From positions 32,001 to 96,000 of the forward strand of contig JBNKOC010000004.1 of assembly GCA_050294405.1 (NCBI GenBank): 64,000 nucleotides of DNA, read 5' to 3'. A program made the translations under genes and the position numbers. This DNA comes from Fibrobacteria bacterium (GTDB lineage Bacteria; Fibrobacterota; Fibrobacteria; UBA11236; JADFYW01). This document shows, in pieces, positions 49,357-58,849 of this stretch (position 1 is the first letter of the stretch; each line of letters begins with the position of its first letter). A model generated the notes under the pieces. The model was not told where the DNA came from and did no database searches. It saw only the letters and a program-made list of their open reading frames with translations.

Positions 49357-49668
49357 TCAATCTAACCTTGCCAGTGTTTCACCCAAGGGGCCTTCAGGAT
49401 TTATAAACTTGGGAACGCCCCCAAAAATCAAACCGAACTGTTCTCTACCCAGGTTTTCAAGGCGTTTGTAATCTTTTAATTGCTTGTTATCCAATTGGAT
49501 TTTAACAATTTCACTTTCCAACCTTTTGATTTCAGTTTGCAGAATGGATTTTTTCTTAGCTAGCACCACATACTTATTCTCTTTCCAAACATAGCCCGCA
49601 AAATACCCCGCTATTAACAGAATCAAACAGGCCAAGGCAAATATCCCTCTGAATTTCAGTCCTATCAT
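49357..49668 (-). CDS. ftsL: Cell division protein FtsL (putative)
   Basis: TM plus leucine-zipper coiled coil, located between rsmH and ftsI. Confidence 0.75.
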   Translation of the reverse strand: MIGLKFRGIFALACLILLIAGYFAGYVWKENKYVVLAKKKSILQTEIKRLESEIVKIQLDNKQLKDYKRLENLGREQFGLIFGGVPKFINPEGPLGETLARLD

Positions 49669-50585
49669 TTTATTTTCTCCAAAACCCTGAGTTTGGCGCT
49701 TCTGGAACGGGGGTTGTTTTTTATTTCCTCAGCACTGGGTTCCAAAGGCTTTTTAAATACCCTTTTTATTTTTTTGTTATTTCCCCCACAACGGCAGATG
49801 GGCCATTCCTTAGGACAATTGCAATCTTTTTCCCATTCCCGGGTGATTTTTTTAACCCAGCGATCTTCAACGGAATGAAAGGTGATAACGCACAAACGGC
49901 CGCCTTTTTTAAGCAGCTTAAGGGAAGATTCCAAGCCTTTCTCCACTTCCAACTTTTCGCTATTCACTTCAATACGAATAGCTTGGGCTATGCGGGCTAA
50001 ATATTTTGTATAAAAACGCTCTCCCTTGGGGAACACTTCTTTAACAGCCTGTAACATCGCCCCCGAACTGGGGTTGCTGGATACATGCTTTTTCAAAGCG
50101 CTGGCCAGCTGTCTGGATTTTTCCAAATCAGAATTTTTCCTAAAAGCCAAAGAAATTTCTTCCTCGGGAGTTTGGGATATGTAATCTAATGCTGTAAATT
50201 CCTGACTTCTATCCATGCGCATATCCAATTCCTGGCCCTCAGAAAAACTAAAACCTCTGGAACTGGAGTCTAATTGCCGTGAACTCACTCCTAAATCCAG
50301 CAATACACCAGAAAGTGAGCCTTCAGAGGCCGCTTCCTCCATATGGGAAAAATTTTTGTGGTATATATGCAGCCGAGGATCGTTCATAAATTTCTGCCTG
50401 CACCAATTTATTGCTTCAGCATCCCTGTCCAGGCCAATCATCTGTCCGTTTGGGCTGAGTTTTTTAAGGATTAGTTCCGTATGACCGCCGCCTCCCAATG
50501 TGCCATCCAGATATGTCCCGTCGGGGTTTACAATTAAATTGTCAAGCACCTCCTTTGCCATAACTGATGTATGATAATATTGCAT
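49665..50585 (-). CDS. rsmH: 16S rRNA m4C1402 methyltransferase
   Basis: DGTLGGGGH, DLGVSS.QLD, LDMRMD, FHSVEDR and NPRSRSAKLR motifs. Confidence 0.97.
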   Translation of the reverse strand: MQYYHTSVMAKEVLDNLIVNPDGTYLDGTLGGGGHTELILKKLSPNGQMIGLDRDAEAINWCRQKFMNDPRLHIYHKNFSHMEEAASEGSLSGVLLDLGVSSRQLDSSSRGFSFSEGQELDMRMDRSQEFTALDYISQTPEEEISLAFRKNSDLEKSRQLASALKKHVSSNPSSGAMLQAVKEVFPKGERFYTKYLARIAQAIRIEVNSEKLEVEKGLESSLKLLKKGGRLCVITFHSVEDRWVKKITREWEKDCNCPKEWPICRCGGNNKKIKRVFKKPLEPSAEEIKNNPRSRSAKLRVLEKIK

Positions 50586-50589
50586 TTCA

Positions 50590-51051
50590 TTACATCTCAC
50601 CATTAGAGTAAAAACAGTTTTCAAAACCTTCCGGGTCTTCTTCAGAAAATTGGATCATTTGATTGTATACATTGGGATTCCATAAACGTATCCGTTTGCC
50701 ATCTCCGGCAAATTTCACTTCTTTGTCGATTCCTGCATAATCCATTAGCTCTTTAGACAAAGAAATTCGATTTTGTTGATCGAGTTCTGACATTTTAGCC
50801 ATGGAGGTTACCATCATTACAAAGCGCGCTCCCTTAGGACTTTTTTTAGCCAGAGGTTCTAATTCTTCCATTACATACCTGTTCCATTCGGGTAAGGGGC
50901 GTAGCGCAAGGGATTTTTCTGCAAATATGCTCACAATAACTTTTCCCTCGGAATCAGCAGACAGTTGCTTCCTAAGCTCACGCGGCAAATTAGTTCTCCC
51001 CTTTGCATCAACGGAGACAGTTGCCGTACCTATAAACCCTATTGGATCCAT
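50590..51051 (-). CDS. mraZ: Transcriptional regulator MraZ
   Basis: Two AbrB-like repeats (VDAKGR, LDQQNRI); first gene of the dcw cluster. Confidence 0.92.
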   Translation of the reverse strand: MDPIGFIGTATVSVDAKGRTNLPRELRKQLSADSEGKVIVSIFAEKSLALRPLPEWNRYVMEELEPLAKKSPKGARFVMMVTSMAKMSELDQQNRISLSKELMDYAGIDKEVKFAGDGKRIRLWNPNVYNQMIQFSEEDPEGFENCFYSNGEM

Positions 51052-51070
51052 TTCACCACGATAAAATTAA

Positions 51071-51104
51071 CCTAAATTACCCTAAAAGTACCACTTTTAC
51101 CCAC
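51071..51104 (-). promoter_or_regulatory. MraZ-type operator: four 10-bp-phased repeats overlapping the mraZ promoter
   Basis: Minus strand GTGG-GTAAAA-GTGG-TACTTT-TAGG-GTAATT-TAGG; overlaps a putative TTGCCT-N18-TACTTT promoter. Confidence 0.7.
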
Positions 51105-51169
51105 GATTAGGCAATGGTTTTGCAAGAATATCTTAACTTTTTTTATAAAGTTTATGAGACATATGTGCA

Positions 51170-51217
51170 GTAGAATATGTAGTGTTTTTTGCTTATTTAA
51201 AACACAATATATTGTGT
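51170..51217. promoter_or_regulatory. Tandem NrdR-box-like operators
   Basis: ACACAATATATTGTGT (51202-51217) matches the NrdR consensus exactly; GTAGAATATGTAGTGT (51170-51185) matches 12/16 and starts 32 bp earlier. Confidence 0.7.
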
Positions 51218-51501
51218 TTTTTGGGAAATATTAAAATTTCTAAAAAAACTGAAATTACCCCAGTATTTTTCCGGGCTTTAGCCGTTCAAAATCAGGGGCT
51301 TCTGTAAAAATAGACGGATAGAAAAAACACCTATTTTTTATAGGAGTTATGGCGAAAATTTCCAAAATGCTTAATTTTTCAACTAGAAACTTCCGGTTTA
51401 TTTGTGAAAAGTCCAAGGCATTTGAGGCAAATTCTATTTATATTAATCAGCTAAGTGAGGGACTTTTTATCCATATTTACGCATTTTAAACCCATTTAAT
51501 C

Positions 51502-53340
51502 GTGCAATTTGGTCGGTATAAAATACTTTCTGAAATAGGCACCGGGGGTATGGCCACGGTGTATTTAGGAGAAGATCCCACGCTAAACCGCTTGGTGGCC
51601 GTTAAGGTAATTCACCCCCACCTCACTTCTAATCAAGCCATTTTAGAGCGTTTTGCCGTTGAAGCTAAAATCGCCGCTGCCTTAAAAAGCCCGCACATCG
51701 TGGAAATTTATGACTTCGGGACCCAGGATGGCTCCCAATATTTCATTATGGAGCACATTGAAGGGCACTCACTTGGATATATATGCAACACTTTCAATAA
51801 AAAGGGGCTGCCCCAAAGATTTTGCGCCTCGGTTATTTGCCAGGCTGCCGAAGGTTTGGCCGTGGCGGAAAAACAAAACGTAGTGCACCGCGATATCAAG
51901 CCCGATAACCTTCTGTTCAATTCTCAGGGTGTTTTAAAAATTGCCGATTTTGGAATCGTTAAAATTGGAAATGCCCATCAGGGCACAATGGCCGGAACCG
52001 TATTGGGATCACCAAACTACATATCCCCAGAGCAATTCCACGACGAAGCTCCCTCTCCCCAATCGGATATATGGGCCTTGGGTGTTACCTTTTATTATTG
52101 CCTTACAGGCAAACTGCCCTTTGAAGGAAAGGATGTTCCTCAAATCATTCATAATGTATGTACCCAGGAACATGAATCCGTATTAAAAGTGACTCCTGAA
52201 GTAGATCCTGAACTTTCGGCCATTGTGGATATTTTACTTAAGAAACATCCGGAAAAAAGAGGGGAAGGAGCCGCCTGGTTAGCTAAAACCCTAAGGCAAT
52301 ACCTGGGCAACCACGGTTTATTCAGCCCTGAAGAAGGCACTCGGATTTTTATCCAAAACCTGGGCCCCATGCCCAATCAGGAAATTATCGATTACCAGCA
52401 TAAATCCAGGGTTTATAACTCTCCCGCTTCTATTACAAGCGAGGAATTAAAGCCAAGTTTTGGCTATAAGGTTAAAAAAGCCTTTACCAGCTTTAGCGGA
52501 ACTTCGGCTTTTAAAAACCCCATTATATGGCTTATCATAATTGGTCTTTTAGTTTGGATTCCATTCTCATCGCGCTTCGTGGAAAATGCCGGAGGGAACA
52601 AAAAAGTAAAAAGCGTGGTAATAAAACCCAGCGAAGTTATTCTCCATGGGGGCAAACAATCCCAGGTTATAGCAGAAACAAGGCCTTCTGACGCGCCGCA
52701 AAATGTGTTGTGGGAATCCAACCACCCAACCATTGCCTCGGTGTCCGATGGTATTATTTATGGATTAAACCCTGGCAAAGCCCAGATTCTTGCGGTTTCA
52801 CTGGTAGACCCCACCAAAGCGGGTACATGTTATGTACAGGTCATGCCTCCTCTTGTGGAAAAGGTAGAGCTAAAGCCGGATCAAGTTCGCTTAAGTCCTG
52901 GAGAAAGCATTCAATTGGTACCAAGTATATTGCCTGCCGGCACGAACCAAAAAATCAATTGGATTGTAGATAAGCGCGACGTGGTTCGTCTCAATGGCGG
53001 AAAAATTACCGCTAAAAAACCAGGCGTTGCCAAAGTTTCCATATATTCTGTGGAAGATCCAAAAATGTCGGCCTCGTCTACGGTTATTGTACGTGGAGAA
53101 AACAATAATGAGCCCCAACGGCCCAAAGGCAAAGGCTTCTTGCGCATAAGTTCTGCGCCTCCCCACGCTGCCATATATGTGAATGGGGCCCACTGGGGCC
53201 ATACTCCCATGAAAAATTTCAGAGAAAGCACCGCTGGGCGAACCTTAATAAAAATATCCCATCGCTCTCTGCCATCCAGAGATACTGTGATCAATCTTCA
53301 GGCAGATGAAAATGTTAAAATTCATATGACCTTGGAATAA
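51502..53340 (+). CDS. Hanks-type Ser/Thr protein kinase with TM, two Big_2 Ig-like domains and a PEGA-like domain
   Basis: IGTGGMATVY, VAVK, HRDIKPDN, DFG, YISPE, SDIWALG; W.S..PTIASV.DG.I.G..PG.A.I repeats; L.ISSAP..A.IYVNG...G.TP. Confidence 0.92.
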   Translation: MQFGRYKILSEIGTGGMATVYLGEDPTLNRLVAVKVIHPHLTSNQAILERFAVEAKIAAALKSPHIVEIYDFGTQDGSQYFIMEHIEGHSLGYICNTFNKKGLPQRFCASVICQAAEGLAVAEKQNVVHRDIKPDNLLFNSQGVLKIADFGIVKIGNAHQGTMAGTVLGSPNYISPEQFHDEAPSPQSDIWALGVTFYYCLTGKLPFEGKDVPQIIHNVCTQEHESVLKVTPEVDPELSAIVDILLKKHPEKRGEGAAWLAKTLRQYLGNHGLFSPEEGTRIFIQNLGPMPNQEIIDYQHKSRVYNSPASITSEELKPSFGYKVKKAFTSFSGTSAFKNPIIWLIIIGLLVWIPFSSRFVENAGGNKKVKSVVIKPSEVILHGGKQSQVIAETRPSDAPQNVLWESNHPTIASVSDGIIYGLNPGKAQILAVSLVDPTKAGTCYVQVMPPLVEKVELKPDQVRLSPGESIQLVPSILPAGTNQKINWIVDKRDVVRLNGGKITAKKPGVAKVSIYSVEDPKMSASSTVIVRGENNNEPQRPKGKGFLRISSAPPHAAIYVNGAHWGHTPMKNFRESTAGRTLIKISHRSLPSRDTVINLQADENVKIHMTLE

Positions 53341-53342
53341 CT

Positions 53343-53999
53343 GTGGCGAAGTTTTTAAGCAACACCAAACATGCTTTTTATTATAGGTTTCACAGCTGTG
53401 GCGTCTTAATTCTGGCATTTGTTTTTTTATCTGTAGCTCAGGATATGGAGAGCCCGGATTCAGATTCTTTGTCTAAAAGTTATGCCATCTCAGATGAATA
53501 CCGTAAAAAAGTGGAAAACTGGTATTACCAGGGAGAGTTTGAAGAAGCTACAGAGTCTCTGGAGTACTTAATTCGATCCAAAAAATTAAAGACTAAAGAC
53601 GATTCCATTTTTGTTTTCAAATATTTGGGTATCATATACGCTTCCGATATTGAAACCGAAACAAAAGGTGAAAATTATTTATACCGAATGCTAACTATAT
53701 CTCCCGATGCCAATGTATCTGATATGAGACTATCCGAATATTTGGAGTCTCTTTTTTACCGGGTTTCCTATAGATTCTACCAAAACCAACTGGACGAAAA
53801 TAAAATCCAGACTAAATCTGAACCAAAGCCAGAGCCCCAAAAAAAGAGCCCTCCCCCAAAGAAAGAAAAAGAAGGGGTCCCAAGCTGGGTTTGGTACGCC
53901 GGAGCCGGAGCCGCGGCAGTAGTGGGAACCCTCAGCTGGTATTTCTGGTCAAATAGCGAAAAACCGGACCCACCTTCCGTGACCACCGGAGAGCTTTGA
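53343..53999 (+). CDS. TPR-like exported protein with C-terminal Gly/Ala-rich TM anchor
   Basis: N-terminal hydrophobic stretch; YYQGEFEEA...KYLGIIY; Pro/Lys linker; WVWYAGAGAAAVVGTLSWYFW. Confidence 0.65.
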   Translation: MAKFLSNTKHAFYYRFHSCGVLILAFVFLSVAQDMESPDSDSLSKSYAISDEYRKKVENWYYQGEFEEATESLEYLIRSKKLKTKDDSIFVFKYLGIIYASDIETETKGENYLYRMLTISPDANVSDMRLSEYLESLFYRVSYRFYQNQLDENKIQTKSEPKPEPQKKSPPPKKEKEGVPSWVWYAGAGAAAVVGTLSWYFWSNSEKPDPPSVTTGEL

Positions 54000-54141
54000 G
54001 GGACGCTTAAGTCCTCAATATCTGTTTCTTGGAGTTTTTAATTTATTTTTGGTTTTTTTACTTATTTTTTTTTAAAAATATGGAAAAATACAAACTCGAA
54101 ATCAGCCGAAGGCCTGTAAATTACTTAGGTAGAATGGTACA

Positions 54142-57100
54142 ATGAAAGCCGGGGGAAATAAATCCGTGGCATTTGAATTGAGGCGAATCCTATGTGTTCC
54201 AGGGCTCTTGTTCCTTGGTCTTTTACTTGTTTATTTATCCTCTTGTTCCAAAGGTTCCGAATCTAATCCAGAAAGAATATTAGAGCTCAGTTTGTCCGAT
54301 CCCCTAAAGGCCGCGGACAGCGTTGTTATTTACATCCAGGATGCTGAAAATGGAGAAAAATTACAGACTCTGTACGAAGGACAAACCAATTGGAACAAAA
54401 GAGATTTTAGCCTAAACAAAAGCATCCCTTCAAAATACGAAATTGTGGTTCTGGCATTTGATGCGGAAGGCAAGCTGCTTTATTTCAAAGTTTACAACGA
54501 AAACATCAACATCAAAACCGATGTATACAACACTAACATTCAGGCGGATTTCACAATCACTCCTCTGGATACCATTGTATTTGAAGGGGATTCTATTATG
54601 TTTTCCCTGGATTCAATAGAATCTTCACCGAACCATGTCTTCTGGTTCTTAGGGAACGAATTGATTCAGTCCGGGGGAGATAGCCTTCTCCTGAAAGATA
54701 TTCCCAGAAAATGGACAGGATTATATGTTTATGCCAAAATCGCCAAAGCAGAGGGAATGATGGAGTCTCCCCACGCCCTGTTGACGGTAAGGGGAATTCC
54801 CACCGATGTACCCAGTTCCCCAATTCCAGAAAACGGCGCCACAGATCAGCCTGTAATTCTTGATTTATCCTGGACCACCATACCTCCGGTGGACAATGGA
54901 ATATTGGTTTTTGATGTATACCTGGACGAGAAAAATCCTCCAGCTATTGTGGTTTCATCAGGTCAATCCGATGTTAAATACTACGCTTCCAATTTAAAAC
55001 AAAACACCCAGTACTATTGGAAAGTGGTGGCAAGCCAATCAAATGAAATTGTGGAAGGTCCGGTATGGTCTTTTACAACCAAGCAGTCCCCCTTAAACAA
55101 TACCAGCGCCCCCAATGTGCCCAGCGACCCTTCTCCTTCCGATAATTCAGAAAATCAAAATCCAATTAACTTAACTTTGCGCTGGACTGGCGGCGATTTA
55201 AACCCTCTGGACTTGGTAAAATACGATGTTTTGTTAGGCAATGAAAATCCGCCTCAATCTAAAATTACCCAGAGCCTAATAACCAATCAGTTCAATATTA
55301 ACTTTTTGGAACACGGCAAGACATATTACTGGCAAGTAACCGCATCAGACGGCATGGCCACAACATTTGGACCTGTGTGGAAATTTTCAACAGCCCAGGC
55401 AGAAGGAAACAATCAGGCCCCTCTTGTACCTAACTCTCCTAACCCTCCGAATTCAGCCACTAACCAGGAAATCAGCGGTTTGGAACTGTTTTGGAAGGGT
55501 GGTGACCCGGATGAAGATAACGTCGTATATACTGTATTCTATGGAACTTCAAACCCGCCTAACCAAAATTCCATCGCCAATTTATCTACCACCCGATATA
55601 CATTGGGTTCCCTTAATGAAAATACAATTTATTACTGGTACGTTGTTAGCAATGATGGCTCCGCCATTACTATTGGTCCTACTTGGAAATTCACCACCAA
55701 ACAACCAGATCCGAACAACACGGCCCCATATGTACCCAGCGCGCCTATACCGCCTGATTCATCAAAAAACATGCCTTTGAATTTCAAGCTGGGCTGGTCA
55801 GGTGGAGACCCCGACGAAGATGATATAACCCGCTATGATTTATTCCTGGGTTTTGAAAGCCCTCCAACTACCCAGGAAGCCATAGGTATTGAAGACAATT
55901 CTTTGAATATATCAGGCTTGGAACCAGGCAAAAATTACTACTGGAGAATACTGGCATCCGATGGCAATAACACCACAGAAGGGCCCGTATGGCGATTTAC
56001 TACAAACACAGTGGACCAAAGCAATCCCGCTCCGGGTAAGCCCCAAATTGTTTTGCCAGCGGATGGAGAAACAGATTTATCCATCCCTGTTGATTTGGCC
56101 TGGATATGTGAGGATGAAAATGGCGACCCCCTGAGCTATAACGTATTAATTGGAACCACCAACCCTCCTCCCCAAAAAATTGGCAATCCCATTAGCCAAA
56201 CCACCAGAAGGATTAGCAATTTAGAAGAGGGTACAACCTATTATTGGAGGGTTGTGGCAACAGATGGCAACCAAACCACAGTGGGTGATGTATGGAGTTT
56301 TACCACGGCCATCCCGGAAATTTTGAATAGCCCGCCTATTGAACCATCTGCCCCAAACCCTTCCAATGAGGCTGTGGATATCCCGCTTAACCTAACAATA
56401 TCCTGGGAAGGAGGAGACCCTGATGCGGGAGACGTGGTTAGTTACGACATTTACCTGGATGAATCTCCCAATCCTACCACCAAAAAAGCCTCTGTCACTG
56501 AAAACAAATTTACGGTGGTGGGTCTTGCTAACGGGATTACTTACTACTGGAAAGTAGTGGCTAGCGATGGAAAAGAAATAACCAGCTCACCCATTTGGCA
56601 ATTTACCAGTAGGGAAATTGAAGGGCAAACCGGATTGTTTTACGAATATTGGAACAGCCTGGCCAATGTTCCCTTTTCCTATTTGTACCTGGATAACAAG
56701 GATTACCTTACGGAATACTTCCGTTATCCCGACAGGCCGGATGATGAGGGTATCAACGATAAATTTGAAGCCCAGGAAATCTTCTCTAATACTTTTGGAA
56801 TCCGATACAGAGGCTATATACATCCTCCTTCCACGGGAGAATATACTTTCTGGGTAGCAGCAAATGATTATGGTGAACTTTGGCTAAGCAGCAATACATC
56901 TCCCACCAATATCGGGGATAACCCTATTTGCTATACATCCTATTTTACGGCAGCCAGAGATTGGGAGGCCAGGCCAAGCCAAAAATCCGAGCCTGTTTAT
57001 TTAATCGGCGGACAGGAATATTATTTGGAAGCCTTTTATATCCAGGGTTCCGGGGGAACAAACTTTGCAGTGGGCTGGCAGGGACCTGGCATAACTGGAA

Positions 57101-58743
57101 ATCTCGAACGGCCCATTCCAGGCCATAGATTATCCCCATGGACAGGGGTTTCCCTTTCTCCTCCAACCATAACCGCACATCCCCAGACAAATCAGGTCCG
57201 GCCAGGGCAAAGCGCGACTTTTTCCGTTGAGGCCACCAGCAACTCCGGACTATTAAAATACCAATGGAGGAAAAACGGCGTACTAATCGATGGGGCTACG
57301 GGGTCGAGTCATACCACAAACGCTACGGTGTTTTCTGATGATTCTTCAAGTTTTGATGTTATTGTTAGCAATGATGACGGAAGCGTCACCAGCCAGCAGG
57401 CTGAATTGATTTTAATATACATAGCTCCTGTTTTACGATCTGATATAGAGGATCAAACAGTCAGTGTAGGGGAAAATGTCACTTTTACGGCATCCTTGGC
57501 GGCAGGAGATAATCCGACTTTTACCTGGTTCTTTAATGGTTCAGAGGTTATTTCAGGAAAAGACTCCACATTTACCATAAACAATGTGAATTTTGGCCAC
57601 AACCAAAGCAGTATACAGGTGGTTGTATCCAATAAAGAAGGATCGGAATCCAGCAACAGCGCCACCCTTTATGTTAAGGATATTCCTCCTGAAATCATAG
57701 CCCAGCCTATTCCCGCTTCTGTGCGAGAAGGAGACAGCCTGAGCTTTAGCGTCACATCAGCCGGAACCAATTTAAGTTATCAGTGGTTTGTAAATGGGAC
57801 AGCCATTCAAAGTGGAGGAAATTCTGACACATATAAAATCTCAGCGGCCACCAACCAGGATAATGGAAAAGAGTTTTTTGTGGCAGTTTACAATTCAGCT
57901 GATACTGTGCACAGCGATACAGTAACATTGGCCGTAACTCCTTTTGGCGATCCTCCACAAATTCTTGAAAACCCTGAAGCCCTAAGCGTTATGGTGGGAG
58001 AGAATGCCCAATTTGAAATTTCAGCTAGTGGAACAGACTTAAATTTTCAATGGTTTCTTGAGGATAGTATGCTTATTGGATCAAATGATTCCATCTTAAT
58101 ATTATCCCAGGTTCAAAAATCAGATAGCGGCAAAGCAGTAACTTGCTTGGTTTGGAATCTTTTAGACAGCCTTGAAAGCCCGGCTGTTGAGCTAACTGTA
58201 ATCGACACTTTACCCCGCATAATCACTCAGCCTTTTGGAGACAATATAATTGTAGGGGAATCTCCCAGCTTTTTGGTTGTGGCTCAGGGAAGCAACCTGA
58301 GCTACCAATGGTATCGTAACAACCTGGCCATCGCTACCAACGGTAATTCATCTTCATACAATGGGCCTGTGGTAAGCCTAACGGATAACAACAACAGCTA
58401 CTTTGTAGAAATAAGCAATAGCACCGGAACAGTAAGCAGCGATACGGTAATTTTGGGGGTAAGTGATTTAGCACCCAATATCCAAACAATTCCAAGTCCA
58501 CAAATAGTAAACAATGGAAACTCGGCAACCATTAGCGCCACAGTCTCTGGAACCAACTTAGTTTATCAATGGTATTATTCGGCTAACAACAATGGAAGCT
58601 GGACTGAAATTAGCGGAGCTAACGGGAGCAGCTATACCAGCAATATATTAAACGCCACCCATGATGGCAGTGCCTATCGGTTAATAGCCAGCAATTCCGC
58701 CGGAAGCGATACCAGCAACACGGTAGTTATTGACGTGCAATAG
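54142..58743 (+). CDS. Large surface lipoprotein: Ig, 6 FN3-like repeats, PA14 domain, 6 Ig-like repeats
   Basis: Lipobox LSSC; six P..P.P...L.W...D.D...Y....G...YYW.V.A.DG...GPVW.FTT units; PA14 (YRGYIHPP.TGEYTFW..ANDYG.LWL); six ...YQW..NG Ig units. Confidence 0.88.
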   Translation: MKAGGNKSVAFELRRILCVPGLLFLGLLLVYLSSCSKGSESNPERILELSLSDPLKAADSVVIYIQDAENGEKLQTLYEGQTNWNKRDFSLNKSIPSKYEIVVLAFDAEGKLLYFKVYNENINIKTDVYNTNIQADFTITPLDTIVFEGDSIMFSLDSIESSPNHVFWFLGNELIQSGGDSLLLKDIPRKWTGLYVYAKIAKAEGMMESPHALLTVRGIPTDVPSSPIPENGATDQPVILDLSWTTIPPVDNGILVFDVYLDEKNPPAIVVSSGQSDVKYYASNLKQNTQYYWKVVASQSNEIVEGPVWSFTTKQSPLNNTSAPNVPSDPSPSDNSENQNPINLTLRWTGGDLNPLDLVKYDVLLGNENPPQSKITQSLITNQFNINFLEHGKTYYWQVTASDGMATTFGPVWKFSTAQAEGNNQAPLVPNSPNPPNSATNQEISGLELFWKGGDPDEDNVVYTVFYGTSNPPNQNSIANLSTTRYTLGSLNENTIYYWYVVSNDGSAITIGPTWKFTTKQPDPNNTAPYVPSAPIPPDSSKNMPLNFKLGWSGGDPDEDDITRYDLFLGFESPPTTQEAIGIEDNSLNISGLEPGKNYYWRILASDGNNTTEGPVWRFTTNTVDQSNPAPGKPQIVLPADGETDLSIPVDLAWICEDENGDPLSYNVLIGTTNPPPQKIGNPISQTTRRISNLEEGTTYYWRVVATDGNQTTVGDVWSFTTAIPEILNSPPIEPSAPNPSNEAVDIPLNLTISWEGGDPDAGDVVSYDIYLDESPNPTTKKASVTENKFTVVGLANGITYYWKVVASDGKEITSSPIWQFTSREIEGQTGLFYEYWNSLANVPFSYLYLDNKDYLTEYFRYPDRPDDEGINDKFEAQEIFSNTFGIRYRGYIHPPSTGEYTFWVAANDYGELWLSSNTSPTNIGDNPICYTSYFTAARDWEARPSQKSEPVYLIGGQEYYLEAFYIQGSGGTNFAVGWQGPGITGNLERPIPGHRLSPWTGVSLSPPTITAHPQTNQVRPGQSATFSVEATSNSGLLKYQWRKNGVLIDGATGSSHTTNATVFSDDSSSFDVIVSNDDGSVTSQQAELILIYIAPVLRSDIEDQTVSVGENVTFTASLAAGDNPTFTWFFNGSEVISGKDSTFTINNVNFGHNQSSIQVVVSNKEGSESSNSATLYVKDIPPEIIAQPIPASVREGDSLSFSVTSAGTNLSYQWFVNGTAIQSGGNSDTYKISAATNQDNGKEFFVAVYNSADTVHSDTVTLAVTPFGDPPQILENPEALSVMVGENAQFEISASGTDLNFQWFLEDSMLIGSNDSILILSQVQKSDSGKAVTCLVWNLLDSLESPAVELTVIDTLPRIITQPFGDNIIVGESPSFLVVAQGSNLSYQWYRNNLAIATNGNSSSYNGPVVSLTDNNNSYFVEISNSTGTVSSDTVILGVSDLAPNIQTIPSPQIVNNGNSATISATVSGTNLVYQWYYSANNNGSWTEISGANGSSYTSNILNATHDGSAYRLIASNSAGSDTSNTVVIDVQ

Positions 58744-58747
58744 TTGC

Positions 58748-58839
58748 TTGCGCAAACTGTGCAAACACATTTGCACCAACTTTAAAAATCATTCAATTTA
58801 TTAAAAATTGCCCAATATTTTTTTGGCATTCCTATTGCT
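58748..58839 (+). promoter_or_regulatory. Sigma54 (-24/-12) promoter with upstream palindromic enhancer-like sites
   Basis: TTGGCATTCCTATTGCT (GG 58825-26, GC 58837-38, 10-nt spacing); upstream TGCGCA-AAC-TGTGCA and GTGCAAA-CACA-TTTGCAC (58749-58776). Confidence 0.72.
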
Positions 58840-58849
58840 TTATAGAGAA

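Noticed and set aside
51052..51501. Replication origin in the 450-bp AT-rich intergenic region
   Set aside because: Only one near-match DnaA box seen (TTATCCATA, ~51467), no cluster, and no dnaA/gidA context.
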